Positions 47,616 through 56,844 of a stretch of DNA of 64,000 nucleotides are shown here, piece after piece. Numbering within the stretch: position 1 is the first letter of the stretch; every line of letters begins with the position of its first letter. Source of the stretch: Gammaproteobacteria bacterium (GTDB taxonomy: Bacteria; Pseudomonadota; Gammaproteobacteria; Steroidobacterales; Steroidobacteraceae); NCBI GenBank assembly GCA_027365225.1, contig DAHXNV010000010.1, forward strand, positions 11,487 through 75,486, given 5' to 3'. The notes beneath the pieces were generated by a model. It ran no database searches and was not told the origin of the DNA. It worked only from the letters and a program-made list of their open reading frames with translations. The translations under genes and the position numbers were made by a program.

Positions 47616-48902
47616 TTGATCGCTACAACCGTTCCGCTGCTGCTGCTGGTCCTGCTGTGGCTGGTGGCGCTCATCGCCTTCTCCTCGGGTACCGAGGTGG
47701 CGATGCTCTCGGTGAACCGCCACCGCATCCGCCATCGTGCCCAATCGGGTCAGAGCCGCGCGCAGCTGCTCGAGCGGCTGCTGCGCAAGCCCGAGGACTG
47801 GCTCGGCGCGAATCTCGTCATCGTCGCGGCCGCCAACGTGTTCGCCTCGGCCGTCGCGACGCTGCTCGCCCAGCGCACCGGCTATCGCTACGCGGTGCCG
47901 GTCACCAGCGTGCTGCTGACGCTGGTGGTGATCGTGTTCGGCGAGCTCACCCCGAAGATCTTCGCCGCGGCGCACCCGGAGACCTCGGCGCTGCGCGCCG
48001 CGCGCATCTACCGCGCGCTGGTGTTCCTCGCCCGCCCGTTCCTGACGATCACCAACGGCATCTCCTACGGGCTGCTGCGCATGCTCGGGGTGGTCAAGAC
48101 CGCCCCGGCGGGCCAGACCCTCAGCACCGAGGAGCTGCGCACCGCGGTGGCCGAGGCCGGCCCGATGATTCCAGCGGGACACCGCCAGATGCTGCTGTCG
48201 ATCCTCGATCTCGGCCACGTGACCGTCAATGACATCATGATTCCGCGCCAGGAGATCGCCGGTATCGATCTCGCGCAAAGTTGGGACGATGTGCTCGAGC
48301 AGCTCGCGCGCACCCCGCACACGCGCCTGCCGGTCTATGACGGGCAGCTCGAGAACCTGGTCGGCGTGCTGCACATGAAGCGCATCGCGCACGAGCTGGT
48401 CCGCGAGACCCTCACGCGGGAGCGGCTGCTCGAGATGGCGCAGGCCCGCGAGCCGTATTTCATTCCCGAGGGAACCCCGCTCAACGTGCAGCTCGCGCAC
48501 TTTCAGCACAATCGCCGCCGGCTCGCCTTCGTGGTCGATGAATACGGCGATATCGAGGGCCTGGTGACGCTCGAGGACATCCTGGAGGAGATCGTCGGGG
48601 AGTTCACCACCGACCCGGCAACCATCTCACACCGCGACATCCACACCGAGCAGCCGGGGGTGTTCATCATCAACGCCAGCGCCACGCTGCGCGCGGTGAA
48701 TCGCGCCCTGCAGTGGCAACTGCCCACCGACGGGCCGAAGACGCTCAATGGGCTGCTGCTCGAGCGGCTCGAGACCATCCCCGCCCCGGGCACGACCCTG
48801 AAGGTCGGCCCTTATCTGTTCGAGGTGCTCCAGATCGCCGACAACGCGATCAAGACCGTGCGGGTGCGCGCGCCGCCGGCCCAGGCCGCGGCGATGAGCT
48901 GA
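47616..48902 (+). CDS. CNNM/HlyC-CorC family transporter (DUF21 + CBS pair + CorC_HlyC)
   Basis: 428 aa with a TTG start, containing FGELTPK, a CBS region and VDEYGDIEGLVTLEDILEEIVGE. Confidence 0.85.
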   Translation: MIATTVPLLLLVLLWLVALIAFSSGTEVAMLSVNRHRIRHRAQSGQSRAQLLERLLRKPEDWLGANLVIVAAANVFASAVATLLAQRTGYRYAVPVTSVLLTLVVIVFGELTPKIFAAAHPETSALRAARIYRALVFLARPFLTITNGISYGLLRMLGVVKTAPAGQTLSTEELRTAVAEAGPMIPAGHRQMLLSILDLGHVTVNDIMIPRQEIAGIDLAQSWDDVLEQLARTPHTRLPVYDGQLENLVGVLHMKRIAHELVRETLTRERLLEMAQAREPYFIPEGTPLNVQLAHFQHNRRRLAFVVDEYGDIEGLVTLEDILEEIVGEFTTDPATISHRDIHTEQPGVFIINASATLRAVNRALQWQLPTDGPKTLNGLLLERLETIPAPGTTLKVGPYLFEVLQIADNAIKTVRVRAPPAQAAAMS

Positions 48903-50235
48903 AGGCGGCCTCGAGCGCCGCGTCGACCCGCGCCACCGGCACCACGCGCAGCCCCTCGATCGGCTTGCGCGGCGCGTTGTCGCGCGGCACCAGCGCGGCC
49001 TGAAAGCCTTGCTTGCGCGCCTCCTGCAGCCGCTCTTCGCCGTAGGCCACCGGGCGCACCTCGCCGGTCAAGCCGATCTCTCCGAATGCCACCAGTGTGC
49101 CCGGCACGATGCGCTCTGCGAGGCTCGAGGCGAGCGCAATCAGCACCGGAAGATCCCACGCCGTCTCCTCGATGCGCACGCCGCCGACGGCGTTGACGAA
49201 CACGTCGTGCTCCTGGAGCGACACGCCGGCATGCCGGTTCATGACCGCGAGCAGCATCGCCAGACGATTCGCATCCAGGCCCTGCGCGATGCGGCGCGGC
49301 GCCCCGAAGCGCATGCGATCGACCAGCGCCTGCAACTCGATCAGCAGCGGCCGTCCGCCCTCGCGCGTCACCGTGACGATGCTGCCGGCGGCCGGCTCGG
49401 GCGCTCGGGCGAGAAAGATCGCCGAGGGGTTGCGCACCTCGCGCAGCCCCGCCTCGGTCATGGCGAAGAACCCGAGCTCGTTGACCGCTCCGAAGCGATT
49501 CTTGGTGGCGCGCACGATGCGATAGCGGCTCGAGGTCTCGCTCTCGAAGTACAGCACGGTGTCCACCAGGTGCTCGAGCACGCGCGGGCCGGCGATCGAG
49601 CCGTCCTTGGTGACGTGGCCGATCAGGAACACGGCCGTGGCGCGGCGTTTGGCGAAGCGCACCAGCTCCGCGGCGCACTCCTTCAGCTGCGAGACCGCAC
49701 CGGCCGCCGCATCGAGCCGCTCGGACTGCACCGTCTGGATCGAATCGACGATCAACAGCGCCACGCCGCGCTCGGCCGCCCGCTCGAGCACCGCTGCGAG
49801 GTCGGTCTCGGCCAGGATCTCGAGCGAGGCCGCGGTCAGCCCCAGCCGCTGCGCGCGCATCGCCACCTGCGCGGCCGACTCCTCGCCGCTGGCATAGAGG
49901 ACCGGTGCGCCGCCGGCGGCCTGCGCGGCCACCTGCAGCAGGAGCGTCGACTTGCCGATGCCCGGATCGCCCCCGAGCAGCGTCACCGATCCCGGCACCA
50001 CCCCCCCGCCCAACACCCGGTCGAGCTCGGCAAGCCCACTGGAGAGGCGGCGCAGATCCGCCGCGCCCGCCGGCAGCGCCAACGGCTCGCTCGCCACCGA
50101 CCGCCGCTGCGGCATGCGGGAGGCCGGCACCGGCTCGAGCACGTTCCACTCGCCGCACCCGGGGCAGCTGCCCTGCCATTTCAGGCTCCGGCCGCCGCAG
50201 GCGCTGCAAACGTAGAGGGTGCTCGAACGTGACAT
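48850..50235 (-). CDS. radA: DNA repair protein RadA/Sms
   Basis: Zinc finger CSACGGRSLKWQGSCPGCGEWN, Walker A GDPGIGKST, KNRFG, and a Lon-like C-terminus. Confidence 0.95.
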   Translation of the reverse strand: MSRSSTLYVCSACGGRSLKWQGSCPGCGEWNVLEPVPASRMPQRRSVASEPLALPAGAADLRRLSSGLAELDRVLGGGVVPGSVTLLGGDPGIGKSTLLLQVAAQAAGGAPVLYASGEESAAQVAMRAQRLGLTAASLEILAETDLAAVLERAAERGVALLIVDSIQTVQSERLDAAAGAVSQLKECAAELVRFAKRRATAVFLIGHVTKDGSIAGPRVLEHLVDTVLYFESETSSRYRIVRATKNRFGAVNELGFFAMTEAGLREVRNPSAIFLARAPEPAAGSIVTVTREGGRPLLIELQALVDRMRFGAPRRIAQGLDANRLAMLLAVMNRHAGVSLQEHDVFVNAVGGVRIEETAWDLPVLIALASSLAERIVPGTLVAFGEIGLTGEVRPVAYGEERLQEARKQGFQAALVPRDNAPRKPIEGLRVVPVARVDAALEAAFSSSPRPGPAARAPARS

Positions 50236-50644
50236 GAATACGCTGGCTCCGCGGTCGGGTGCTAGGATGCGTCGAGGGCCGTGGGGCGCGGATCGGCCTG
50301 AGGAGCGCCGGCCGCTCCCGCCTGCGGCCGAGAGCGCCTGGATTCGATGTGACGCCTGAATAAGGTTCGCGTGAAACCCTGACCCTCACGAGCGCAACCG
50401 GCCCCGCCGCGTGCTGCTCGCGAGTTCGACCATGTACAAATATACAGGCAGTGAAGCGAAAGTCAAATCATCGAGGTGACGGTTCGCGCGCGAGCTGCGC
50501 GCTGAATCGGCCGCAGCGGAGAATCTGTGACCCTGCACTCGGACTCGCGCCCGGGCAATGCTAGTTTATGCCCGCCCGGGTCGCGGATCGGTTGACTATG
50601 CTCGTCGAAAAATCAATGCGCTGCGAGGTGTCTGAGGCGGCCGC

Positions 50645-51469
50645 ATGGGTCTGAAGAACAAGCTGCGCGTCGTCGGGCTGACCGACACCGGCAAGGTCCG
50701 CGAACACAACGAAGACACCATCGCCGGCGATGCCGACAGCGGCCTGTTGGTGCTGGCCGACGGCATGGGCGGCTACAAGGCCGGGGAAGTCGCGAGCGGA
50801 CTGGCGGTGAAGACCATCGTCAGCATGGTGCGCGAGCACATGCAGCGCGAGAACCTGCGGGCCGGGGACGCCGCGACGGGCCTCGCCCGCACCAGCATCA
50901 TCCTGCGCGACGCGATCCACCGGGCCAACAAGATCATCTACCAGACCGCGCATACCCAGCCGCAGTGCGAGGGCATGGGCACGACGGTGGTGGCGGCGCT
51001 GTTCTTCGACAACAAGGTCACCATCGCCCACGTCGGCGACTCGCGCCTGTACCGCGCGCAGGGCGGGAAGTTCGAGCGCATCACCATGGACCACTCGCTC
51101 CTGCAGGAGCTGGTCGCCCGGGGCCTGTACTCGGCGCAGGAGGCTCAGCGGGCCGCAAACAAAAACTACGTCACACGCGCCCTCGGCGTCGAGCCGAATG
51201 TCGAGGTGGAGATCCAGGAGATTCCGGTCCAGAAGGGCGAGCTGTACATGCTGTGCTCGGACGGCCTCTCGGACATGGTCGAGGACGAGGACATCCATTT
51301 AACGATAAGCACGTTTAGTGCTAATCTTGATAATGTCGCCAGACAATTGATTCAGTTGGCCAACGACAATGGCGGCCGGGACAACATCTCGGTGCTGATG
51401 GCGCATGTCGTGGACGCGTTCCCGGCGCGCACCGGCATGCTCGAGAAGATCCGCAAATGGTTCAGCTGA
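50645..51469 (+). CDS. PP2C-family Ser/Thr protein phosphatase
   Basis: GKVREHNEDT, LADGMGG, GMGTT and LCSDGLSD motifs. Confidence 0.85.
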   Translation: MGLKNKLRVVGLTDTGKVREHNEDTIAGDADSGLLVLADGMGGYKAGEVASGLAVKTIVSMVREHMQRENLRAGDAATGLARTSIILRDAIHRANKIIYQTAHTQPQCEGMGTTVVAALFFDNKVTIAHVGDSRLYRAQGGKFERITMDHSLLQELVARGLYSAQEAQRAANKNYVTRALGVEPNVEVEIQEIPVQKGELYMLCSDGLSDMVEDEDIHLTISTFSANLDNVARQLIQLANDNGGRDNISVLMAHVVDAFPARTGMLEKIRKWFS

Positions 51470-51491
51470 CGGCAGGGGGCGGGAGAGACGT

Positions 51492-52235
51492 ATGGCAAGG
51501 TTGATCTTGAGCCTCGAAGGCCAGGTGATGGCCGAGTACAACATGAACAAGGAGCGTTACACGGTCGGCCGGCTTCCCGACAACGACATCCGGATCGATA
51601 ACGCCGCGGTCAGCGGCCATCATTCGCTGGTCATCAACATCCTCAACGACTCGTTCCTCGAGGACCTCAACAGCACCAACGGCACCTACGTCAACGGCAA
51701 GCTGATCAAGAAGCACGCGCTGCAGCACGGCGACGTGATCACCGTCGGCCATCATCAGCTGCGCTTCATGGAAGACGACGAGCAGCAGGATGAGTTCGAG
51801 AAGACCATGGTGATCCAGCCCTCCGCGCGGCCCATGCAGGCGCTGCGCGCGGCCGCCGAGGCGGCTGAAACGGCCGCGGCGGCCAACGGCGTCGACGCAC
51901 GCCCGAGCGCTGCGGCGAGCGCCCCGGCCGGGGCGAGCGGCGCGCCGCCCGCCCCGACGCCCAAGCCCGCGAAGCTGCAGGTGCTCTCCGGCGCCTTCGC
52001 CGGTCGCGAGCTGGAACTGACCAAGACACTCACCACCCTCGGACGCCCCGGAGTACAGGTGGCGGCCATCACCCGCCGGGCCAACGGCTATTTCATCGTG
52101 CACGTCGATGCCGACAAGCCGGATCATTTCCCGATCGTCAACGGCACGGCGATCGGCGCCCAGCCGACACTGCTGCGCGACAACGACGTCATCCAGCTCG
52201 CCGGCGTGAAAATGGGGTTCTTCCTGACGGGCTGA
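51492..52235 (+). CDS. Protein with two FHA domains
   Basis: The N-terminal FHA is YTVGRLPDNDIRIDNAAVSGHHSLV...DLNSTNGTYVNG...GDVITVG. An Ala/Pro linker follows, then a second FHA-like domain, TLGRPG...VNGTAIG...DNDVIQLAG. Confidence 0.8.
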   Translation: MARLILSLEGQVMAEYNMNKERYTVGRLPDNDIRIDNAAVSGHHSLVINILNDSFLEDLNSTNGTYVNGKLIKKHALQHGDVITVGHHQLRFMEDDEQQDEFEKTMVIQPSARPMQALRAAAEAAETAAAANGVDARPSAAASAPAGASGAPPAPTPKPAKLQVLSGAFAGRELELTKTLTTLGRPGVQVAAITRRANGYFIVHVDADKPDHFPIVNGTAIGAQPTLLRDNDVIQLAGVKMGFFLTG

Positions 52236-52290
52236 GGCGCACGCCCGCCTCTTGTGCGGCGGGGACCGGCCGGCCTCGCCCACCGGACGC

Positions 52291-53373
52291 TCAGCGCAGC
52301 TCGAACGGCACCCGCTGGCTGACGGCGCAGAGCAGCTCGTAGGGGATCGTGCCGGCGGCGCGCGCGAGCGTCTCGACCGCAGGATCCTCGCCCCACAGCA
52401 CCACCGGCGCGCCCACGCCCACCGCCGCGTGTTCCGCCGCGCTCACGTCCACCGCGATCATGTCCATCGAGACCCGACCGCACAGGGGCGCGATCCGGCC
52501 TGCGACCCCCACCGGCGTGCCGCTCGGCAGATTGCGCGGCAGCCCGTCGCCATAGCCGCCCGCCACGATGGCGATGCGCGCATCCCGCTCCGCCCGCCAG
52601 GTCGCCCCGTACCCGACCGTCTCCCCGCGCGGCACCGCGCGGATCGCGATCACGGAGGTCTCCAGGCTCATCACCGGCCGCAGCCCAAGCTCGCGGCCGC
52701 TGCCGCGGGCGAAGGGCGAGACGCCGTAGAGCGCCAGTCCCGGTCGCACCCAGTCGCCGCCAACGGGCACGGCACCGAAGATGCCGGCGGTGTTGGCGAT
52801 GCTGACGGCGCCGCCGATGCCGCGCGTGGCGGCGTGGAAGCGCTCCAGCTGCGCGCGGGTCATCTGTCCGTCGGGCGCATCGGCGCAGGCGAGGTGCGTC
52901 ATCAGTCGAATCGCGGGCGGAGCGGGACGCAGCTCGCGCAGCCGCCGATGGGCCTCGCCGAACACCTCGGGACGAAAGCCCAGGCGGTTCATTCCCGTGT
53001 CGATCTTGATCCACAGCGCCGGGGGCTCGATGGGCGCGGCGGCCGCGAGCAGCTCGACTTGCAGCGCATCGTGCACCACCAGCTCGAGGTCGAAATGGCG
53101 CGCCGCGCGCAGCTGCTCGTCCGTGAACACCCCCTCGAGCAGCACGATGGGCGCACGAATGCCCCGCTCGCGCAGGCGCACGCCCTCCTCCAGGCGCGCC
53201 ACGGCGAAGCTGTCGGCGCCGGGCAGCGACAATGCGGTTTGTTCCAAGCCGTGTCCGTAGGCGTTCGCCTTGACCACCGCCATCACGCGCGCCCCCCGAG
53301 CGCGCGCGCGGATCACCTCGATGTTGTGTCGCAACGCGCCGCCGTCGATGACGGCGCGGATCAGCCGGCTCAC
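52291..53373 (-). CDS. alr: Alanine racemase
   Basis: VVKANAYGHG (PLP lysine) and the C-terminus IPYELLCAVSQRVP. Confidence 0.9.
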   Translation of the reverse strand: MSRLIRAVIDGGALRHNIEVIRARARGARVMAVVKANAYGHGLEQTALSLPGADSFAVARLEEGVRLRERGIRAPIVLLEGVFTDEQLRAARHFDLELVVHDALQVELLAAAAPIEPPALWIKIDTGMNRLGFRPEVFGEAHRRLRELRPAPPAIRLMTHLACADAPDGQMTRAQLERFHAATRGIGGAVSIANTAGIFGAVPVGGDWVRPGLALYGVSPFARGSGRELGLRPVMSLETSVIAIRAVPRGETVGYGATWRAERDARIAIVAGGYGDGLPRNLPSGTPVGVAGRIAPLCGRVSMDMIAVDVSAAEHAAVGVGAPVVLWGEDPAVETLARAAGTIPYELLCAVSQRVPFELR

Positions 53374-54773
53374 CTGAGAACGCCGTCGGCGTACGCGTCC
53401 GGGGCGTAGTTGGCGAAACGCGTGTACTGGCCCTGGAATGTCAGCAGGAAGGTGCCGATGTCGCCGTTGCGGTGCTTGACGAGGTCGATCTCCGCCACGC
53501 CCTTCTTGGTGGTGTTCCTGTCGTACACCTCCTCGCGATAGATCAGCAGGATCATGTCCGCGTCCTGCTCGAGTGAGCCGCTCTCACGCAGATCCGACAT
53601 GACCGGCTTCTTGTTCTCGCGCTGCTCGACCGCCCGGTTCAGCTGCGAGAGCGCGATCACCGGAATGGCGAGCTCCTTGGCGAGCGCCTTGAGGCCGCGG
53701 GAGATCTCGGCGATCTCCGTGGCACGATTCTCCTTGGTGCCCGGCACATGCATCAGCTGCAAGTAATCCACCACGATCAGATCGAGGCCGTGCTCGCGCT
53801 TGAGGCGCCGCGCGCGGGCGCGCAGCTCGGTCGGCGTCAGCGCCGGGGTCTCATCGATGAAGATCTTGGCCTCCGAGAGCTGATTCGTGGCGCTGGTGAT
53901 GCGCACCCAGTCGTCGTCGGAGATGCGGCCGCTGCGCAGGCTCCCGAGCGGCACGCCGCCGATCGAAGCGAGCATGCGGGTGATGACCTGCTCGGAGGGC
54001 ATCTCCATGCTGAAGATCGCCACCGACGCCTGCGTGCCCCGGTGAACCGCCGCGTACTCGGCCATGTTGACCGCGAGTGTCGTCTTGCCCATCGAGGGCC
54101 GCCCGGCGACGATCAGCAAGTCCCCCGGACGCAGCCCGCCGGTGATCTTGTCGAAATCGCTGAACCCGCTCGGCAATCCCCGCAGCTTGTCGGGGTTGCT
54201 GTGCCACTCGTCGATCTGCTCGATGACCCCGGGCAAGAGGTTCCTGACCGCCTGCGCGCCCTGACGGCCGCGCGCGCCGGCCTCGGCGATCTGGAAGACG
54301 CGCTGCTCGGCCCGGTCGACCAGCTCGCGCGCCGTCTGGCCGTCGTTGTTGAACACCGCCGAGGCGATCTCGGTGCCGGCCCGGATCAGCTCGCGCAGCA
54401 CCGAGCGCTCGCGGACGATCTCCGCGTAGGCGCGCACGTTGGCGGCCGTCGGCGTATCGCGGGCCAGTGTGGACAGATACGCCAGCCCGCCGGCCGCCTC
54501 GAGCTTGCCGAGCCGCTCGAGCTGCTGGCTCACCGTGACCGCATCGCAGGGCCGGCCGTTGCCGGCCAGCGCGCCGATGGCCTCGAAGATCAGCCGGTGG
54601 TCGGGCCGATAGAAGTCCGCCTCGCCCACCGCATCGGCCACCTGGTCCCAGGCACTGGCATCGAGCAGCAACCCGCCGAGCACCGCCTGTTCGGCTTCGA
54701 TCGAATGGGGTGGCGTCGGGACATCCCCGAGCGCCGAACCGCTCCCGCCGCGCGCTTTGGGGATGGCGGCCAC
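53370..54773 (-). CDS. dnaB: Replicative DNA helicase DnaB
   Basis: PPHSIEAEQAVLGGLL, GRPSMGKTT and ALSQLNR motifs. 467 aa, with no intein. Confidence 0.95.
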   Translation of the reverse strand: MAAIPKARGGSGSALGDVPTPPHSIEAEQAVLGGLLLDASAWDQVADAVGEADFYRPDHRLIFEAIGALAGNGRPCDAVTVSQQLERLGKLEAAGGLAYLSTLARDTPTAANVRAYAEIVRERSVLRELIRAGTEIASAVFNNDGQTARELVDRAEQRVFQIAEAGARGRQGAQAVRNLLPGVIEQIDEWHSNPDKLRGLPSGFSDFDKITGGLRPGDLLIVAGRPSMGKTTLAVNMAEYAAVHRGTQASVAIFSMEMPSEQVITRMLASIGGVPLGSLRSGRISDDDWVRITSATNQLSEAKIFIDETPALTPTELRARARRLKREHGLDLIVVDYLQLMHVPGTKENRATEIAEISRGLKALAKELAIPVIALSQLNRAVEQRENKKPVMSDLRESGSLEQDADMILLIYREEVYDRNTTKKGVAEIDLVKHRNGDIGTFLLTFQGQYTRFANYAPDAYADGVLR

Positions 54774-54795
54774 CGAGTGTCCGATCCGCCTGGCG

Positions 54796-55245
54796 CTACT
54801 CTTCCGCGACGATCGCGACGGTCAGCGGAACATCGATGTCGGCGTGCAGGTGCAGCAGAACGTTGTGCTCCCCCGTCACACGCAGAGAACCGTTCGGCAG
54901 GCGCACTTCGCTGCGCTCGACCTTGAAGCCTTGGGCCGCGCAGGCCTCGGCGATGTCGCTGGTGCCGACCGAGCCGAACAGCTTGCCCTCGGTGCCGGCC
55001 TTGGCGCTGATCACCAGCCTGAAATCCTTCAGGGCCGCGGCCCGCTCCTCGGCGGAGGCGAGGTGCTCGCGCGCGGCACGCTCGATCTCGGCCCGACGCG
55101 CCTCGAAGCGCGCAATGTTCTCGGGCGTTGCCCGCGTCGCCTTGCCCTGGGGCAGCAGGTAGTTGCGCCCGAAGCCCGAGCGCACCGTGACCCGATCGCC
55201 GATGTTGCCGACATTGGCCACTTTCTCAAGGAGTATGACGTCCAT
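54796..55245 (-). CDS. rplI: 50S ribosomal protein L9
   Basis: MDVILLEKVANVGNIGDRVTVRSGFGRNYLLPQGKA. Confidence 0.95.
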   Translation of the reverse strand: MDVILLEKVANVGNIGDRVTVRSGFGRNYLLPQGKATRATPENIARFEARRAEIERAAREHLASAEERAAALKDFRLVISAKAGTEGKLFGSVGTSDIAEACAAQGFKVERSEVRLPNGSLRVTGEHNVLLHLHADIDVPLTVAIVAEE

Positions 55246-55254
55246 GGGTGCGCC

Positions 55255-55506
55255 TCAGTGCTGGTCGGTGTACGGCAGCAGCGCCAGGAAGCGCGCGCGC
55301 TTGATGGCGAGGGCGAGCTGGCGCTGGAAGAACGATTTGGTGCCGGTGATGCGGCTCGGGACGATCTTGCCCGTCTCGGAGACGTACCCCTTGAGCGTGC
55401 CGAGATCCTTGTAATCGATGTGCGTCACGCCGTCGGCCGTGAAGCGGCAGAATTTCTTGCGGCGGGAGAAACGGCCGCCGCCGCCCGTGGGTGCTCTGCT
55501 GTTCAT
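55255..55506 (-). CDS. rpsR: 30S ribosomal protein S18
   Basis: [42 protein letters not shown]. Confidence 0.95.
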   Translation of the reverse strand: MNSRAPTGGGGRFSRRKKFCRFTADGVTHIDYKDLGTLKGYVSETGKIVPSRITGTKSFFQRQLALAIKRARFLALLPYTDQH

Positions 55507-55548
55507 CAGTTTGGTATCCGTAATTCGGTGAGGAGGTGCGCGGCGCGC

Positions 55549-55956
55549 TCAAAGCAGCTCGGCGTCGGGCTCGCCGGACAGAGCGCCCGGATCGCGCGGA
55601 CGCTCGCGGCGGCCTTTGCCGGACTCGCCCTCTTCCTCGGCGTCCTTGGCCATCGGGGAGGGCTCGGTGACAGCCGCGGCCATGGCGACGACCAGATGGC
55701 GAAGCACCGCATCGCTGAAGCGGAACGCGCCGGTGAGCTCCCCGAGGGTCTTCTGATCACACTCGATGTTCATCAGCACGTAATGCGCCTTATGAACCTT
55801 GGCGATCGGATAGGCGAGCTGGCGCCGCCCCCAGTCCTCCAGGCGGTGCATCTGTCCGCCGCCGGCGCTGATCATGCCCTTGTAGCGTTCGATCATTGCG
55901 GGCACCTGCTCGCTCTGATCGGGATGAACCAGAATAACGATCTCGTAGTGCCTCAT
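55549..55956 (-). CDS. rpsF: 30S ribosomal protein S6
   Basis: [25 protein letters not shown]..., with an acidic C-terminal tail. Confidence 0.95.
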   Translation of the reverse strand: MRHYEIVILVHPDQSEQVPAMIERYKGMISAGGGQMHRLEDWGRRQLAYPIAKVHKAHYVLMNIECDQKTLGELTGAFRFSDAVLRHLVVAMAAAVTEPSPMAKDAEEEGESGKGRRERPRDPGALSGEPDAELL

Positions 55957-56087
55957 GTGTCCTCCTTACGGATTGTGAAGCCGCCCACGCGAGGCTTGCG
56001 GGTGCGGCAAGGAGCTATCCGGCCCGTATCGGGCACGACCCCGGAGGGGGCCGGGGAGAATACTGGAAGGCCGGGGCCGCTGCAATA

Positions 56088-56840
56088 TCACGACCGCCGT
56101 TGCCGCACGGCCTCATAGAGCAGCATGCCGGCGGCCACCGAGACGTTCAGGCTCTCCACCGCCCCGAGCTGCGGCAGGCGCACCCGGTAGTCGCAGTTCT
56201 GGCGCGTCAGCTGGCGCAGGCCCGCGCCCTCGGCTCCGAGCACCAGCACCCGCGGACCGCTCAGATCCACCTCGTCGGCGCGCGCGGGACCATCCGCATC
56301 GGCGCCAATCACCCACAGCCCGGCCTGCTTGAGCCGCTGCAGGGTGCGCGCGAGATTGGTGACCACCACCAGCGGCGTGGTCTCGGCCGCTCCAGCGGCC
56401 ACCTTGCGCGCCACCGGCGTGAGGTGCGCCGCGCGATCACGCGGCACCACCACGGCGAGCACGCCGCAAGCATCGGCGCTGCGCAGGCAGGCCCCGAGGT
56501 TGTGCGGATCCTGGACGCCATCGAGCGCCAGCAACAGCGGCGCGCTTGCCCCCTCGAGCGCCGTGATCAGCTGCTGCTCGTCCCACGGCGGCAGCGGCTC
56601 GATCTCGGCGAGCACGCCCTGGTGCGCCACCGCTCCGAGCCGCTGGCGCAGCGCCTGCGCCTCGAGGCGGCGCACGGGCCGACCGGCGGCGCGGGCGAGC
56701 TGCTCGATGCGCTGGATGCGAACGTCGTCGCGCCGCTCGGCGAGGTAAACCGCCCCGACCCGCTCGGGATGGCGCTCGAGCAGGGCGCGTACCGCGTGCA
56801 GGCCGTACAGATCGGAGCTGGCGCGGACGTGCGCTTGCAC
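56088..56840 (-). CDS. rlmB: 23S rRNA (guanosine-2'-O)-methyltransferase RlmB
   Basis: SpoU/TrmH motifs (LDGVQDPHNLGACLRSA, LVLGAEGAGL, ESLNVSVAAG). The GTG start at 56840 is just after the rnr stop; the ORF upstream of it overlaps rnr. Confidence 0.85.
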   Translation of the reverse strand: MQAHVRASSDLYGLHAVRALLERHPERVGAVYLAERRDDVRIQRIEQLARAAGRPVRRLEAQALRQRLGAVAHQGVLAEIEPLPPWDEQQLITALEGASAPLLLALDGVQDPHNLGACLRSADACGVLAVVVPRDRAAHLTPVARKVAAGAAETTPLVVVTNLARTLQRLKQAGLWVIGADADGPARADEVDLSGPRVLVLGAEGAGLRQLTRQNCDYRVRLPQLGAVESLNVSVAAGMLLYEAVRQRRS

Positions 56841-56844
56841 GGGG

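Noticed and set aside
50441-50456. LexA-box-like ATGT-N8-ACAG (ATGTACAAATATACAG) in the radA/PP2C intergenic region
   Set aside because: The critical first C of the CTGT half-site is missing. Xanthomonadales-type LexA boxes have a different consensus, and there is only a single occurrence. I cannot support it without a genome-wide motif model.
55507-55548. Absence of priB between rpsF and rpsR
   Set aside because: The gap is only 42 nt. priB is missing in many non-enteric proteobacteria, so this is unremarkable.
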